Shown here one piece after another: positions 11,329 through 22,168 of a stretch of 64,000 nt of DNA. Under the pieces are notes generated by a model. It had not been told where the DNA came from. It was given only the letters and a program-made list of their open reading frames with translations, and searched no databases. Positions within the stretch are counted from its first letter, which is position 1. Every line of letters begins with the position of its first letter. The stretch is from positions 75,179 through 139,178 of the forward strand of contig CAVDTR010000002.1 in assembly GCA_963612015.1 (NCBI GenBank), written 5' to 3'. Origin of the DNA: Lachnospiraceae bacterium. GTDB taxonomy: Bacteria > Bacillota > Clostridia > Lachnospirales > Lachnospiraceae. The translations under genes and the position numbers were made by a program.

Positions 11329-11906
11329 ATCTGCTCCTGTTTCTTGGAATTATATAGATTCATTGCCTTGTCGGTCTCATCGTGCATCATGAGGACTGCT
11401 GCCTCCACCGCGTCTGCCATTGCTTCCTCCGCGCGGCTTCTGTCCTCCTTATCCATCCTTCCCAGCACATGGTCTGCCAGATCCCAGCCCTGCGGCTTCT
11501 CCCCGACGCCGACCTTGATGCGCATAAAGTTCTGCGTCCCGGTCATTGCAATAATGTTTTTTATTCCATTATGTCCGCCGGCGCTTCCTTTCTTGCGGAT
11601 GCGGATGTTGCCCGGTGCGAGGGAAATGTCATCATATATTATGATCATCTCGCTCTCCGGATCGAGCTTGTAGAAATTGATGATCTCCGCAATGCTCTCC
11701 CCGCTTAGGTTCATATAGGTCTGCGGCTTTGCGAGGATTACCTTTACGCCCTCGATCGCGCCGGTTCCGCACAATGCCTTGTGCTTTTTTTCATCGATAC
11801 GGATATTATATTTGTCTGCCAGCGCATCGAGCGTATCAAACCCAATGTTGTGGCGTGTATGTTCATATTTTTTGTCCGGATTTCCAAGTCCTGCTATCAA
11901 AAACAT
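11325..11906 (-). CDS. pth: peptidyl-tRNA hydrolase
   Basis: GLGNP...TRHNIG, KPQTYMNLSG, GGHNG. Promoter TTGACG-17-TATAAT at 11951-11979. Confidence 0.98.
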   Translation of the reverse strand: MFLIAGLGNPDKKYEHTRHNIGFDTLDALADKYNIRIDEKKHKALCGTGAIEGVKVILAKPQTYMNLSGESIAEIINFYKLDPESEMIIIYDDISLAPGNIRIRKKGSAGGHNGIKNIIAMTGTQNFMRIKVGVGEKPQGWDLADHVLGRMDKEDRSRAEEAMADAVEAAVLMMHDETDKAMNLYNSKKQEQM

Positions 11907-11982
11907 GTCGTTTGTTCCTCCTGCTATTTTATTACCCAAACAACGTATAAATTATAATATCATTTGGAAAGAGCGTCAAATT

Positions 11983-12022
11983 AAAAAGCTGTCACTTCAG
12001 AATGTTCTAAAATGACAGCTTT
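11983..12022 (-). terminator. terminator after spoVG
   Basis: AAAGCTGTCA/TGACAGCTTT stem plus T-run. Confidence 0.75.
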
Positions 12023-12078
12023 CCCATAGTTATTTTATTGATGCCCCTTACGGCGCTTTGCCATCCATGCCGGGGGAA

Positions 12079-12345
12079 TTATTCCTCAGCAGCAAGCTCT
12101 GCATGATACCGCTCTAAGATCAGATCCTGAAGCTGCTCACGAGTGCCGGAATTGATTGGATGCGCGATATCGCGATACTCTCCGTCGCTTGCCCTTCTGC
12201 TCGGCATCGCGATAAACAATCCCTTCTCCCCGTCAATGACCTTGATGTCATGTACCACAAATTCATCATCGATCGTAATAGAAACCACGGCTTTTAATTT
12301 GCCTTCTTTTTCTACCTTGCGGACGCGCACATCAGTTATCTGCAT
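12079..12345 (-). CDS. spoVG: septation regulator SpoVG
   Basis: MQITDVRVR...GLFIAMPSR...YRDIAHPI. Confidence 0.97.
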   Translation of the reverse strand: MQITDVRVRKVEKEGKLKAVVSITIDDEFVVHDIKVIDGEKGLFIAMPSRRASDGEYRDIAHPINSGTREQLQDLILERYHAELAAEE

Positions 12346-12405
12346 ATCCTCCATCCCCCTTTTTGTCCGATTGCAGCTATCCGTCCCCCAGACGGCTGCG
12401 CCTGA

Positions 12406-13524
12406 TTACAATATATAGCGTTCGTTCTTCTCTGATACGATCTTGATGCCATCGTCCCCACAATAATATGTATTCGGCATCAGCGTACCGTTGCTCTCCA
12501 CGATGCAGTTCTCCACATGGGTGTTGTCCCCGATATATGCACCGTTTAGAATGATAGAGTTCTTGATCACACAATTCTTTCCGACAAATACCTGCTTGAA
12601 CAGGATGGAATTTTCCACCTTGCTGTTGATAATACAGCCGCTGGAGATCAGACTGTTGTTAACCTCGGAGCCGACGTTATACTTTGCCGGTGGAAGATCG
12701 TCCACCTTGGAGTAGATCTTCGGATCCTGACGGAAGAAGAAGCTTCTCACCTCAGGCTTTAAGAAGTCCATGTTGGTCTGGTAGTAATCTTCCACGGATG
12801 CGATGTTGTTCCAGTAGGTCTTTATCTTGAAGCCGAAAATGCGCTTCACGCTGCGGTAGCGCACTAAAATGTCACTGACAAAATCATACCGGTTCTCCTC
12901 CGCTGCCTTCTCAAGCATCTCGATCAACTGACGGCGGCGGATCACATACACGCCGGTGGAAACGGTGTTGGACTGTGCGACAAGCGGCTTCTCCTCAAAT
13001 TCAACGATCCGGGATTCCTCGTTCATCTTGACAACGCCAAAGCGGCAGACATCATTCTGTGCCGGCATGTCCTTGCAGACAACCGTAATATCCGCCTTTT
13101 TCTCTACATGGTAATCCAGAAGCTCATTGTAGTCCATCTTGTATACGCAGTCACCGCTTGAGATGATGACATACGGTTCATGGCGCTTCTTCAAAAAGTC
13201 GATGTTCTGGTAGATTGCATCTGCCGTTCCGCGATACCAGTCACTGTTCTCCGCAGTCACCGTCGGGGTGAACAGATACAGACCTCCCTGCTTTCTTCCG
13301 AAATCCCACCACTTGGAGGAGCTTAAATGCTCATTTAAGGAACGGGAATTGTATTGCGTCAGCACTGCTACCGTCTGCACATGCGAATTGCTCATGTTGC
13401 TGAGTGCAAAGTCGATGCACCGGAAGCTGCCTCCGACCGGCATCGCGGAAATTGCGCGCTTGCGTGAGAGTTCTCTCATACGGTTACTGTTGCCACCTGC
13501 TAAAATTATACCGATTGCTTTCAT
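12406..13524 (-). CDS. glgD: glucose-1-phosphate adenylyltransferase subunit GlgD
   Basis: ADP-glucose pyrophosphorylase-like with degenerate GxGxRL loop, directly downstream of glgC. Confidence 0.93.
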   Translation of the reverse strand: MKAIGIILAGGNSNRMRELSRKRAISAMPVGGSFRCIDFALSNMSNSHVQTVAVLTQYNSRSLNEHLSSSKWWDFGRKQGGLYLFTPTVTAENSDWYRGTADAIYQNIDFLKKRHEPYVIISSGDCVYKMDYNELLDYHVEKKADITVVCKDMPAQNDVCRFGVVKMNEESRIVEFEEKPLVAQSNTVSTGVYVIRRRQLIEMLEKAAEENRYDFVSDILVRYRSVKRIFGFKIKTYWNNIASVEDYYQTNMDFLKPEVRSFFFRQDPKIYSKVDDLPPAKYNVGSEVNNSLISSGCIINSKVENSILFKQVFVGKNCVIKNSIILNGAYIGDNTHVENCIVESNGTLMPNTYYCGDDGIKIVSEKNERYIL

Positions 13525-14795
13525 TTATTGTCACCTGCCTTAATGATTACTTCCCCGCCAAGCAGGACATTATCCGGGTAATCGGATTTGTCCGTAACGC
13601 CGGAGATCGCAGTATTCTTTCCAATCCTTACTCCGTCCGGAACGACAGAGTCCTCGCCGATGGTAGCAAGACCAAAGGAGTAAATGCTTGCATTAAGCTT
13701 GTTCGGTGCTTCCTCGCCGACTCCAAGCTCCGCCTGGCTTCCGATCCGGCAGTTCTCCGCGATGATCGCCTTGGTAACGCTTGTATTCTCACCGACCACG
13801 GTGTCCTTCATGATGATAGAGTCGCGCACTACCGTGCCTCTTCCAATCTGTACATTCGGTCCGATAACGGAATTGATGACCGTGCCATATATCTCGGAGG
13901 CTTCCCCGATAATACTCTTTTCAATGTAGGCTTCCGGTGCAATATACTGTGGCTCGATCGTGTCGCACTTGGTATAGATCTTCCAGTATTCCTCATAGAG
14001 GTTAAACTCCGGGATCAGGTCGATCAGTTCCATGTTCGCCTCCCAGTAGGAGCCGAGCGTTCCGACATCCTTCCAGTAGCCATTGAACTCATAGGCAAAC
14101 ATCCGCTTCTGATGCTCGAAGCAATACGGGATAATGTGCTTGCCAAAGTCACAGCTCTGCTGGTTCTTCATGGCGATAAGTGCATCCTTAAGCACCTGCC
14201 ATGAGAATATGTAAATACCCATGGAAGCAAGGTTGCTCCGCGGGTTCTGCGGCTTCTCCTCAAACTCGGTGATCCGCTTCTCCTCGTCCGCGATCACGAT
14301 ACCGAACCGGCTTGCCTCCTCGATCGGTACAGGCATTGTCGCGATGGTAACATCCGCGTGATTTTCCTTGTGGAAGTCAAGCATCACCTCATAATCCATC
14401 TTGTAGATATGATCTCCGGAAAGGATCAGCACATAATCCGGATTGTACGTCTCCATGTAGCGCAGATTCTGGTAGATCGCATTCGCAGTACCGGTATACC
14501 ACTCGCTGCTGGTGCTTCTCTCATAAGGCGGCAGCACCGTCACACCGCCGTTGTTTCGGTCGAGATCCCACGGAATACCGATTCCGATATGTGTGTTGAG
14601 TCGAAGCGGCTGATACTGTGTCAGCACGCCAACCGTATCAATTCCGGAATTGATGCAGTTGCTCAGAGGAAAATCGATGATGCGGTATTTTCCTCCGAAT
14701 GAGACAGCAGGCTTCGCAACGTCAGCAGTCAGCACTCCGAGTCTGCTTCCCTGTCCACCCGCCAAAAGCATGGCTATCATTTCTTTTTTAATCAC
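13521..14795 (-). CDS. glgC: glucose-1-phosphate adenylyltransferase
   Basis: [29 protein letters not shown] start after AAGGAG. Confidence 0.97.
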   Translation of the reverse strand: MIKKEMIAMLLAGGQGSRLGVLTADVAKPAVSFGGKYRIIDFPLSNCINSGIDTVGVLTQYQPLRLNTHIGIGIPWDLDRNNGGVTVLPPYERSTSSEWYTGTANAIYQNLRYMETYNPDYVLILSGDHIYKMDYEVMLDFHKENHADVTIATMPVPIEEASRFGIVIADEEKRITEFEEKPQNPRSNLASMGIYIFSWQVLKDALIAMKNQQSCDFGKHIIPYCFEHQKRMFAYEFNGYWKDVGTLGSYWEANMELIDLIPEFNLYEEYWKIYTKCDTIEPQYIAPEAYIEKSIIGEASEIYGTVINSVIGPNVQIGRGTVVRDSIIMKDTVVGENTSVTKAIIAENCRIGSQAELGVGEEAPNKLNASIYSFGLATIGEDSVVPDGVRIGKNTAISGVTDKSDYPDNVLLGGEVIIKAGDNK

Positions 14796-15086
14796 GTTAT
14801 CACTCCTTGTATCATACTTTACGGACATACCCTACTTCATGTGTATGCCGTACTTTACAGATAATACCAAATATGGCCACTTCTGTCTGTGTATTATTAT
14901 GTTTATTATAGCATGAGCCTTTCATGCATTCAACATTTTTCACAATTTTTTGTAAACTGTTTGGAGATTTTTGACATTTTACACAATATTTATTTGTATT
15001 CCACCTGTTCTTTTCATTTGCAAATTACAAGAATACGGTTATAATTATAAGGAAATAATTCAAATAATCATGGGCAGGTAACATTT

Positions 15087-16466
15087 ATGTATAAATTAGA
15101 CTTTGAACATCCGGTACACGTTCACTTTATCGGCATCGGCGGCATCAGCATGAGCGGTCTCGCCGAGATCTTGGTGGAGGAAGGATTTACCATATCCGGT
15201 TCCGATTCCAAGGAATCCGATCTGACACGCCATCTCAGTCAAAAAGGCATGCAGATCTTTTACGGACAGTGTGCCGATAACATCATAGACGGCATTGATC
15301 TTGTTGTATACACCGCGGCGATCCGCGAGGATAATCCGGAGTGGCAGGCTGCAAAGCAAAAGCAGATCCCTATGCTGACACGCGCCGAGCTGCTCGGTCA
15401 GATTATGGACAATTACGATCAGTCCATCGCAGTTGCAGGCACGCACGGAAAGACCACGACCACCTCGATGATCAGCCAGATCCTGCTCGCGGCAGACACC
15501 GACCCGACCATCTCTGTCGGTGGTATCCTCGAAGCGCTCGGCGGCAATCTGCGCGTCGGCAATTCCGAGACGTTTCTGACGGAGGCATGTGAGTACACCA
15601 ACAGTTTTTTGAATTTCCGTCCGAAATACAGCATCATCCTCAACGTTGAGGCAGAGCATCTGGATTTCTTTAAGGATCTTGCCGATGTCCGTCATTCCTT
15701 CCGGCTTTTTGCAGAGAACACAAAGCCTGATGGTGCATTGATCATCCACGGCGCGATCGGCAACTACGAGGAGATCGCCGGCGGACTTCCTTGCTCCGTC
15801 ATCACATTCGGTCTTGACAACAACTGTGATTTTTCCGCGGCAGATATCAGATATGACGAGAAGGGCTGCGCATCCCTTACCGTTATGCATAAGGACAAAG
15901 CGCTCGGCACATTAACATTGCATGTTCCGGGACTTCACAATGTCACCAATGCGCTGGCTGCGGTTGCATGCTGCACGCTTGCCGGTGTCTCTTTTGCGCA
16001 TATTCAGGAAGGACTTTTGGCATTCCACGGTGCAGACCGCCGCTTCCAGTACAAAGGCACAGTCGACGGAATTACGATCATCGATGATTACGCTCACCAT
16101 CCGACCGAGATCCGCGCAACGCTTACCGCTGCTGCCAACTATCCGCACAAGCGTCTGGTTCTGGTATTCCAGCCGCACACCTACTCCCGCACGAAGGCAT
16201 TTCTCGATGACTTTGCGGATGTTCTCTCACTTGCAGACGTTGTTGTCCTTGCCGATATTTACGCGGCGCGCGAGAAAAATACGATCGGTATCAGTTCCCG
16301 CGACATTCTGGACAAATTGAAGCTTCACGGAACAGAATGCTATTATTTCCCTTCTTTTGAAGAGATTGAAAAATTTTTGTTAGAAAATTGTGTGAACGGT
16401 GACCTGTTGATAACTATGGGTGCCGGAAACGTTGTAGAAATAGGGGAAGCACTTCTCGGCAAATAG
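15087..16466 (+). CDS. murC: UDP-N-acetylmuramate--L-alanine ligase
   Basis: GIGGISMSG, GTHGKTTT, DDYAHHP, FQPH. Confidence 0.97.
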   Translation: MYKLDFEHPVHVHFIGIGGISMSGLAEILVEEGFTISGSDSKESDLTRHLSQKGMQIFYGQCADNIIDGIDLVVYTAAIREDNPEWQAAKQKQIPMLTRAELLGQIMDNYDQSIAVAGTHGKTTTTSMISQILLAADTDPTISVGGILEALGGNLRVGNSETFLTEACEYTNSFLNFRPKYSIILNVEAEHLDFFKDLADVRHSFRLFAENTKPDGALIIHGAIGNYEEIAGGLPCSVITFGLDNNCDFSAADIRYDEKGCASLTVMHKDKALGTLTLHVPGLHNVTNALAAVACCTLAGVSFAHIQEGLLAFHGADRRFQYKGTVDGITIIDDYAHHPTEIRATLTAAANYPHKRLVLVFQPHTYSRTKAFLDDFADVLSLADVVVLADIYAAREKNTIGISSRDILDKLKLHGTECYYFPSFEEIEKFLLENCVNGDLLITMGAGNVVEIGEALLGK

Positions 16467-16613
16467 TTGTCCACATTATCCACACTGGTTTTGTTGATTA
16501 TCTTCAACAGGCCGTGTGGATTTTTTATAACTTTGCACACGCCCGATTTATCCGCATGTACCGCTTTTTGAGATATCTTTTTCCACGTTATCCACATTCG
16601 GGCATGTGGGCAA
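16467..16613. promoter_or_regulatory. DnaA-box cluster
   Basis: Two perfect TTATCCACA (16476, 16588) plus at least six near-matches in both orientations within about 150 bp. Confidence 0.8.
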
Positions 16614-16748
16614 AATGCCTTGTTTTTTCGCTATTTTCGGGCTTTTTTCTGCTTTTCAATGGGTATGCTTTGTGCTATAATTGCTGACAGACTGGTCGAG
16701 ACCTGTATGTGGCTTCGACCGACTTATCTGACAGAAAGAGGGAATACT

Positions 16749-17966
16749 ATGGCAACCATTCAACTACACAGTGATTGTCCTAATTCTATAACCTGCATCC
16801 CAAATATTTTTATTGACCGATATATGCCGGAAGCAAACGGCGAATTTGTAAAGGTATATCTGTACTTACTTCGTAATCTAAACAGCAACGCCGCTGAGTG
16901 CTCGATCTCAGCGATCGCTGACTGCTTTAATCATACCGAGAAGGATGTTCTGCGCGCATTAAAATACTGGGAGCGCATGCATCTGCTCTTATTGGGCTAC
17001 GGACCGGACAAGGCGCTTTGCGATATCACGCTCCTGTCCCCGTTAAGCGATTACCGGGATTATGCTGCATCTGTTTCTGCAGCTCCACAGGGAATGGCTG
17101 CTCCGGTGTCCGCTACTGCTTCCGTTCCGTCAGATCCTGCAACCGGCATTGTTCCGGCTGCGGTTATCACGCCTGCACCGGTTTCCGGCAGCGTTGACAC
17201 TGCAAACGGCTCTGCCCCTGTTCCAGCGGCTTCGGCGAAGAAAGCACAGGCTGCAGTTATCTCAAAGACAACTTCCCGTAGGGATTACACCTTGGACGAG
17301 GTGAAGGAGTTCCGCCAGAACCCGAATATTTCGGAGCTTTTCTTCATCATCGAGACTTACTTAAAGCATCCGATGGCTACTACCGACATCAATACCGTTT
17401 TGTACTGGTATGATGAGCTTCATTTTTCTACCGAGCTGATCGTTTTTCTTGTCGAGTATTGCATCAGCGAGGGACATTCCAGTATGCACTACATGGACAA
17501 GGTTGCCCTGCGCTGGAGCGAGGACAAGATCACGACTGTTGCCGAGGCGAAGGAGAATACCGCCGAGCGCAGCAGGGTCTATTACGGTGTCATGAAGGCG
17601 ATGGGTATTACCGGACGCAAGCTGGTGGATGCAGAGGTTGCCATGATCCGCAAGTGGACGGGCGAGTATGCATTTGACCTGACACTGATTGGCGAGGCCT
17701 GCAGCAGAACGATCGCTGCCACGAACCAGCCGAGCTTTAAGTACGCAGATTCCATCCTAAGTAATTGGCACAAAAATCATGTACATACTATGGATGATGT
17801 CAAGCAGCTGGATGCCGCTTTTTGCAAAGAGAAGAAAGCTGCTTCCGGCACCGTCACATCCGGCAAAACAGTTACCGTGACAAGAAACAAATTCAACAAT
17901 TTCAGCCAGCGCGATTATGATTACGATCAGCTTGAGCGCATGGCTCTGACAACAAGTGTTCACTAA
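16749..17966 (+). CDS. DnaD/DnaB-C domain replication (primosome) protein
   Basis: IPNIFIDRYMPEANGEFVKVYLYLL N-terminus, two DnaB_2 repeats (YMDKVALRW, YADSILSNW), Ala/Pro linker. Confidence 0.88.
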   Translation: MATIQLHSDCPNSITCIPNIFIDRYMPEANGEFVKVYLYLLRNLNSNAAECSISAIADCFNHTEKDVLRALKYWERMHLLLLGYGPDKALCDITLLSPLSDYRDYAASVSAAPQGMAAPVSATASVPSDPATGIVPAAVITPAPVSGSVDTANGSAPVPAASAKKAQAAVISKTTSRRDYTLDEVKEFRQNPNISELFFIIETYLKHPMATTDINTVLYWYDELHFSTELIVFLVEYCISEGHSSMHYMDKVALRWSEDKITTVAEAKENTAERSRVYYGVMKAMGITGRKLVDAEVAMIRKWTGEYAFDLTLIGEACSRTIAATNQPSFKYADSILSNWHKNHVHTMDDVKQLDAAFCKEKKAASGTVTSGKTVTVTRNKFNNFSQRDYDYDQLERMALTTSVH

Positions 17967-17986
17967 TTCCGGAGGATACCGCTGTA

Positions 17987-18970
17987 ATGGCCCTTAGCAA
18001 TTCACAATACGATGAGATCATGCGTGACTATGATGCCCGCAGATTAAAGAATAAGCGCATATTGGACGAACGCACGCGCCTTGCCTATCTGAAGGCACCG
18101 CGTCTGGAGGAGATCGATCACGCGATCTCGTCTTGTTCCGTCGCATGCGCCAAAAAGCTGTTGGACGGTGACCGCGCTGCACTTGACCAGCTACATGTCG
18201 AGATCGCAGATTACCGCAGGGAGCGCGAGGCTCTTTTGCAGCGTCTCGGATATCCGTCCGATTACTTTGATCCGATCTATACCTGTCCAGACTGCAAGGA
18301 CACCGGATATATTGATGGTCAGAAGTGCCACTGCTTAAAGCAGGCGATCATCAATTGCATTTACACACAGTCCAACATCCGCGAGATTTTGGAGAAGGAG
18401 AACTTTGATACGTTTTCCTACGCTTATTACTCGGATTCTGACCGTAATCCTGCCACAGGGCTTACCTCCCTTGAGACAATCCGTAACGCGGTTGCCGAGT
18501 GTCACAGCTTTATCGACGATTTTGACAACAAGCCAAAGAATCTGTTTCTCTACGGCGAGACCGGCGTTGGCAAAACATTCTTATCCAACTGCGTTGCAAA
18601 AGAGCTTTTGGATAAAAGCTACTCAGTTATTTACTTTACAGCCTTTCAGTTATTTGATATATTAAGCAAGGGCGTTTTTGACAAAGATGCCGATGCTATT
18701 GCGGCGCATCAAAATATATTTGATTGCGACCTTCTCATCATCGATGACCTGGGGACGGAGCTTTCAAACAGCTTCACGACCTCCCAGCTCTTCTTGTGTG
18801 TGAATGAGCGGATTTTGCGACACAAATCCACCATCATATCCACCAACTTAAGTATGAACCAGATCGCAGATATTTACTCGGAACGTACTTTATCCCGGAT
18901 TTTAAGCAGCTACACCACCATCAAGCTTTTCGGTGACGACATTCGCATCCGCAAACGTCAGTCACATTAA
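17987..18970 (+). CDS. DnaC/DnaI-like helicase-loader ATPase
   Basis: Zn motif CPDCKDTG...CHC, Walker A GETGVGKT, Walker B LLIIDDLG, STN sensor. Confidence 0.9.
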   Translation: MALSNSQYDEIMRDYDARRLKNKRILDERTRLAYLKAPRLEEIDHAISSCSVACAKKLLDGDRAALDQLHVEIADYRREREALLQRLGYPSDYFDPIYTCPDCKDTGYIDGQKCHCLKQAIINCIYTQSNIREILEKENFDTFSYAYYSDSDRNPATGLTSLETIRNAVAECHSFIDDFDNKPKNLFLYGETGVGKTFLSNCVAKELLDKSYSVIYFTAFQLFDILSKGVFDKDADAIAAHQNIFDCDLLIIDDLGTELSNSFTTSQLFLCVNERILRHKSTIISTNLSMNQIADIYSERTLSRILSSYTTIKLFGDDIRIRKRQSH

Positions 18971-19001
18971 AAGTATAAATAACTCACATGGAGGATTCAT
19001 C

Positions 19002-20192
19002 ATGCCTAATGACGAAAGAATTTTAGAGACGATGCCAAAAGGAACGTTAGGAATCATTCCTACGGACAGTTGCACAGAACTTGGAAAGAAGGTTGACCAG
19101 TACCTGAACAAGTGGCGCGAGAACCGCGAGCATCAGCATCAGAATGAAATCGCTTTTAAGGATTATCACAAGGACAGTTATCTTATTCACCCATACACGC
19201 CGAGATTCGGTTCCGGCGAGGCAAAATGTGTCATCAACCAGTCCGTCCGCGGATATGACCTCTACATTATGGTAGATGTCACCAATTACAGCCTGACATA
19301 CTCCGTATGCGGTCATACGAACCACATGTCCCCAGACGATCATTTTGCAGACTTAAAGCGTGTCATTGCAGCTGTTGGTGGAAAGGCTCGCCGCATTACC
19401 GTAATCCTTCCATTCTTATATGAAAGCCGTCAGCACAGACGTACCGGCCGTGAGTCTTTGGACTGCCCGATCGCACTTCAGGAGCTGATCAACATGGGCG
19501 TTGACAACATTATCACCTTCGACGCACACGATCCGCGTGTCGTAAATGCGATCCCGCTGAACGGATTTGAGAACGTAATGCCTTCTTATCAGTTCATCAA
19601 GGGCATTTTAAAGAACGTAAAGGATCTTATCTTAGATGCCGATCATCTTATGATCATCAGCCCGGATGAGGGTGCTACCAACCGTGCGATCTACCTTGCC
19701 AATGTCCTTGGCGTGGATATGGGTATGTTCTATAAGCGCCGTGATTACAGCAAGATCGTAAACGGACGTAACCCGATCGTTGCACATGAGTTCTTAGGCT
19801 CCAATGTTGAGGGCAAGGACGTATTTATCATTGATGATATGATTTCTTCCGGCGACAGCATGATTGATACCGCGAAGGAGCTGAAAGCACGCAAGGCGAA
19901 CCGTATCTTTGTTGTTTCTACCTTCGGTCTTTTCACAAACGGTTTTGCAGCATTCGACAAGGCATACGAAGACGGACTGATCTACCGCGTTGTTACCACC
20001 AACCTGATCTATCAGTCTCCGGAACTGCTTTCCAAGGAGTATTACATCAGCTGTGACATGAGCAAGTATATTGCTTATATCATCGATACCTTAAACCACG
20101 ATGCGTCCATCAGCGACCTTCTTAATCCGTATGACCGCATCAAGAACTTTGTACAAAAGTACAAAGATGAGCAGGCACAGAATCAGCAGTAA
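19002..20192 (+). CDS. prs: ribose-phosphate pyrophosphokinase
   Basis: RFGSGE, FDAHD, SPDEG, IDDMISSG. Confidence 0.95.
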   Translation: MPNDERILETMPKGTLGIIPTDSCTELGKKVDQYLNKWRENREHQHQNEIAFKDYHKDSYLIHPYTPRFGSGEAKCVINQSVRGYDLYIMVDVTNYSLTYSVCGHTNHMSPDDHFADLKRVIAAVGGKARRITVILPFLYESRQHRRTGRESLDCPIALQELINMGVDNIITFDAHDPRVVNAIPLNGFENVMPSYQFIKGILKNVKDLILDADHLMIISPDEGATNRAIYLANVLGVDMGMFYKRRDYSKIVNGRNPIVAHEFLGSNVEGKDVFIIDDMISSGDSMIDTAKELKARKANRIFVVSTFGLFTNGFAAFDKAYEDGLIYRVVTTNLIYQSPELLSKEYYISCDMSKYIAYIIDTLNHDASISDLLNPYDRIKNFVQKYKDEQAQNQQ

Positions 20193-20214
20193 TCAAATAA
20201 TTATTTATACAAAG

Positions 20215-20246
20215 AAGTGCTGTCGGATGATCCGGCAGCACTTTTT
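20215..20246 (+). terminator. terminator after prs
   Basis: AAGTGCTGTCGGA/TCCGGCAGCACTT stem plus T-run. Confidence 0.85.
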
Positions 20247-20283
20247 ATGTGGTATTCTCTCCCAACGCTTGGTATAGATCCGG

Positions 20284-20307
20284 AAAGAATTTTCCTATAA
20301 TGTAAAA
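20284..20307. repeat. dispersed terminator-adjacent element, copy 1 (half)
   Basis: AAAGAATTTTCCTATAATGTAAAA, 23/24 identical to 50234-50257. Confidence 0.75.
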
Positions 20308-20345
20308 AGCCCCGCACAATGGATATCCTCCACCGTGCGGGGCTT
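20304..20345 (-). terminator. terminator after rplQ
   Basis: AAGCCCCGCAC/GTGCGGGGCTT stem plus T-run on the minus strand. Confidence 0.85.
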
Positions 20346-20360
20346 CTGTGTTCGTAAATA

Positions 20361-20885
20361 TTAAACTAACTCAAGAACTACTTCAAGAGCTCCGTCACCC
20401 TTACGCTGACCAATCTTTACGATTCTGGTGTATCCACCATTACGTCCAGCATACTTTGGTGCAATCTCATCGAATAACTTAGCAACAAGATCAACTTCCT
20501 TGGTTCCCTTCTTGGTTCCGTCGGTTGTCTTTACAGAGTAAAGAACCTTTAACATCTCTCTTCTAGCGTGAAGACGGGAAGCGGAATCCTTCTTGATGGT
20601 CTTCTGTACTTCATCGTATACGGTAACTTTCTTGCCGTCTACAACTTCCTTTACTCTCTTGCCATCCTTGTCCTTGCGGGCAACCTTAGCGGTAACGGTA
20701 ACTTCCTCGAAGTTATCCTTCTCACGGATTGCAGAAGCAATAAGTCCCTCTGCGATCTTGCGAACTTCCTTAGCCTTAGCTTCGGTTGTTACGATCTTAC
20801 CGTTTGCGATAAGAGCTGTTACCTGACCTCTTAATAATGCCTTTCTCTGGCTAGAGGTTCTGCTTAATTTACGATACTTTGCCAT
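20361..20885 (-). CDS. rplQ: 50S ribosomal protein bL17 (with long internal insertion)
   Basis: RKLSRTSSQRKALLR, TTEAKAKE, GGYTRIVK. Confidence 0.97.
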   Translation of the reverse strand: MAKYRKLSRTSSQRKALLRGQVTALIANGKIVTTEAKAKEVRKIAEGLIASAIREKDNFEEVTVTAKVARKDKDGKRVKEVVDGKKVTVYDEVQKTIKKDSASRLHARREMLKVLYSVKTTDGTKKGTKEVDLVAKLFDEIAPKYAGRNGGYTRIVKIGQRKGDGALEVVLELV

Positions 20886-21097
20886 TTTCCTTTTCCTCCA
20901 TTCGTGGAACATCCGGTCATGCTCTTTGGTCTTACTGCCAGACGTCGTATCTTGTTTTGATGCATCTAGGATACATCAGTTGCCACTCATGTATTTCTTC
21001 TTGCTGTGCTGCCACAGAAGAGGAAATCCGGACACCTGCTGCGCTCGTCGGTCTTACCAGCTATGCCCGTTTGAGCATATATAGTCAAACGCCCCGA

Positions 21098-22057
21098 TTA
21101 CTCCTCGCTGCGATTTAACTCTAATCCCAACTCCTTGAGCTTTGCCAATACTTCTTCCAGAGACTTGCGTCCAAGGTTACGAACCTTCATCATGTCTTCC
21201 GGTGTTCTGTTGATCAGCTCTGCTACGGTGTTGATTCCTGCTCTCTTCAAGCAGTTGTATGAACGTACAGAAAGCTCAAGCTCATCGATGTTCATCTCAA
21301 GAACCTTCTCCTGTGCGTCGTTCTCCTTCTCGATCATAACTTCTGCCTGCATTGCTGCGTCAGAAAGATCGATAAACAGATTCAGATGCTCGCTAAGAAC
21401 CTTTGCGGCAAGGCTTACAGCCTCATCCGGCTCTAAAGAACCATTGGTGTATACATCCAATGTAAGCTTATCATAATCTGTTACCTGTCCTACACGGGTG
21501 TTCTCAACAGTCAGGTTTACTCTCTCAACCGGAGTGTAAATAGAATCAACAGCGAGCACACCGATCGGTGTATCCTCTGTCTTATTCTTGTCTGCGCTGA
21601 TGTATCCTCTACCCTTTGTAATCGTAAGCTCCATGTACAGCTTGCAATCAGCACCACCGTTTAAGTGTGCAATCACAAGTTCCGGATTTAAGATTTCGAT
21701 ATCAGAATCAACCTGGATGTCCGCTGCTGTTACAACGCCTTCACCCTCAAATTCAATGTATGCAATCTTAGCTTCGTTTGTAGAGCTATTGTTCCGGATT
21801 GCAAGGTTCTTGATGTTCATGATGATTTCTGTAACATCTTCCTTTACACCCGGAATAGAGCTGAACTCATGCAGTACGCCATCGATCTTAACCTGGCTTA
21901 CAGCGGCTCCCGGCAGAGAAGAAAGCATAATTCTTCTAAGGGAATTACCAAGTGTTGTTCCATAGCCTCTCTCTAAAGGCTCAACAACAAATCTTCCATA
22001 TTTTTTGTCTTCTGAAATTTCTGCAATCTCAATTTTTGGTTTTTCGAAATCGAACAC
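21098..22057 (-). CDS. rpoA: RNA polymerase alpha subunit
   Basis: [33 protein letters not shown] start. Confidence 0.99.
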   Translation of the reverse strand: MFDFEKPKIEIAEISEDKKYGRFVVEPLERGYGTTLGNSLRRIMLSSLPGAAVSQVKIDGVLHEFSSIPGVKEDVTEIIMNIKNLAIRNNSSTNEAKIAYIEFEGEGVVTAADIQVDSDIEILNPELVIAHLNGGADCKLYMELTITKGRGYISADKNKTEDTPIGVLAVDSIYTPVERVNLTVENTRVGQVTDYDKLTLDVYTNGSLEPDEAVSLAAKVLSEHLNLFIDLSDAAMQAEVMIEKENDAQEKVLEMNIDELELSVRSYNCLKRAGINTVAELINRTPEDMMKVRNLGRKSLEEVLAKLKELGLELNRSEE

Positions 22058-22168
22058 TACAAAGTCCCTCCTTTTCGGGTTTCCATGCTATTTATACATA
22101 GACGCGAAATCCGCGGAATGTAAAACCACTCCACGGCACGCGTAAGTCTGTCTTTAATTCGTCTTATT

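Noticed and set aside
14969..14986. Rex operator in the glgC/murC divergent region
   Set aside because: Three mismatches to TTGTGAA-N4-TTCACAA in an AT-rich tract, so not distinguishable from chance.
16467..16613. Chromosomal origin oriC
   Set aside because: No dnaA/dnaN/rpmH nearby, and the dominant gene strand is minus on both sides. Treated as a non-origin DnaA-box cluster.
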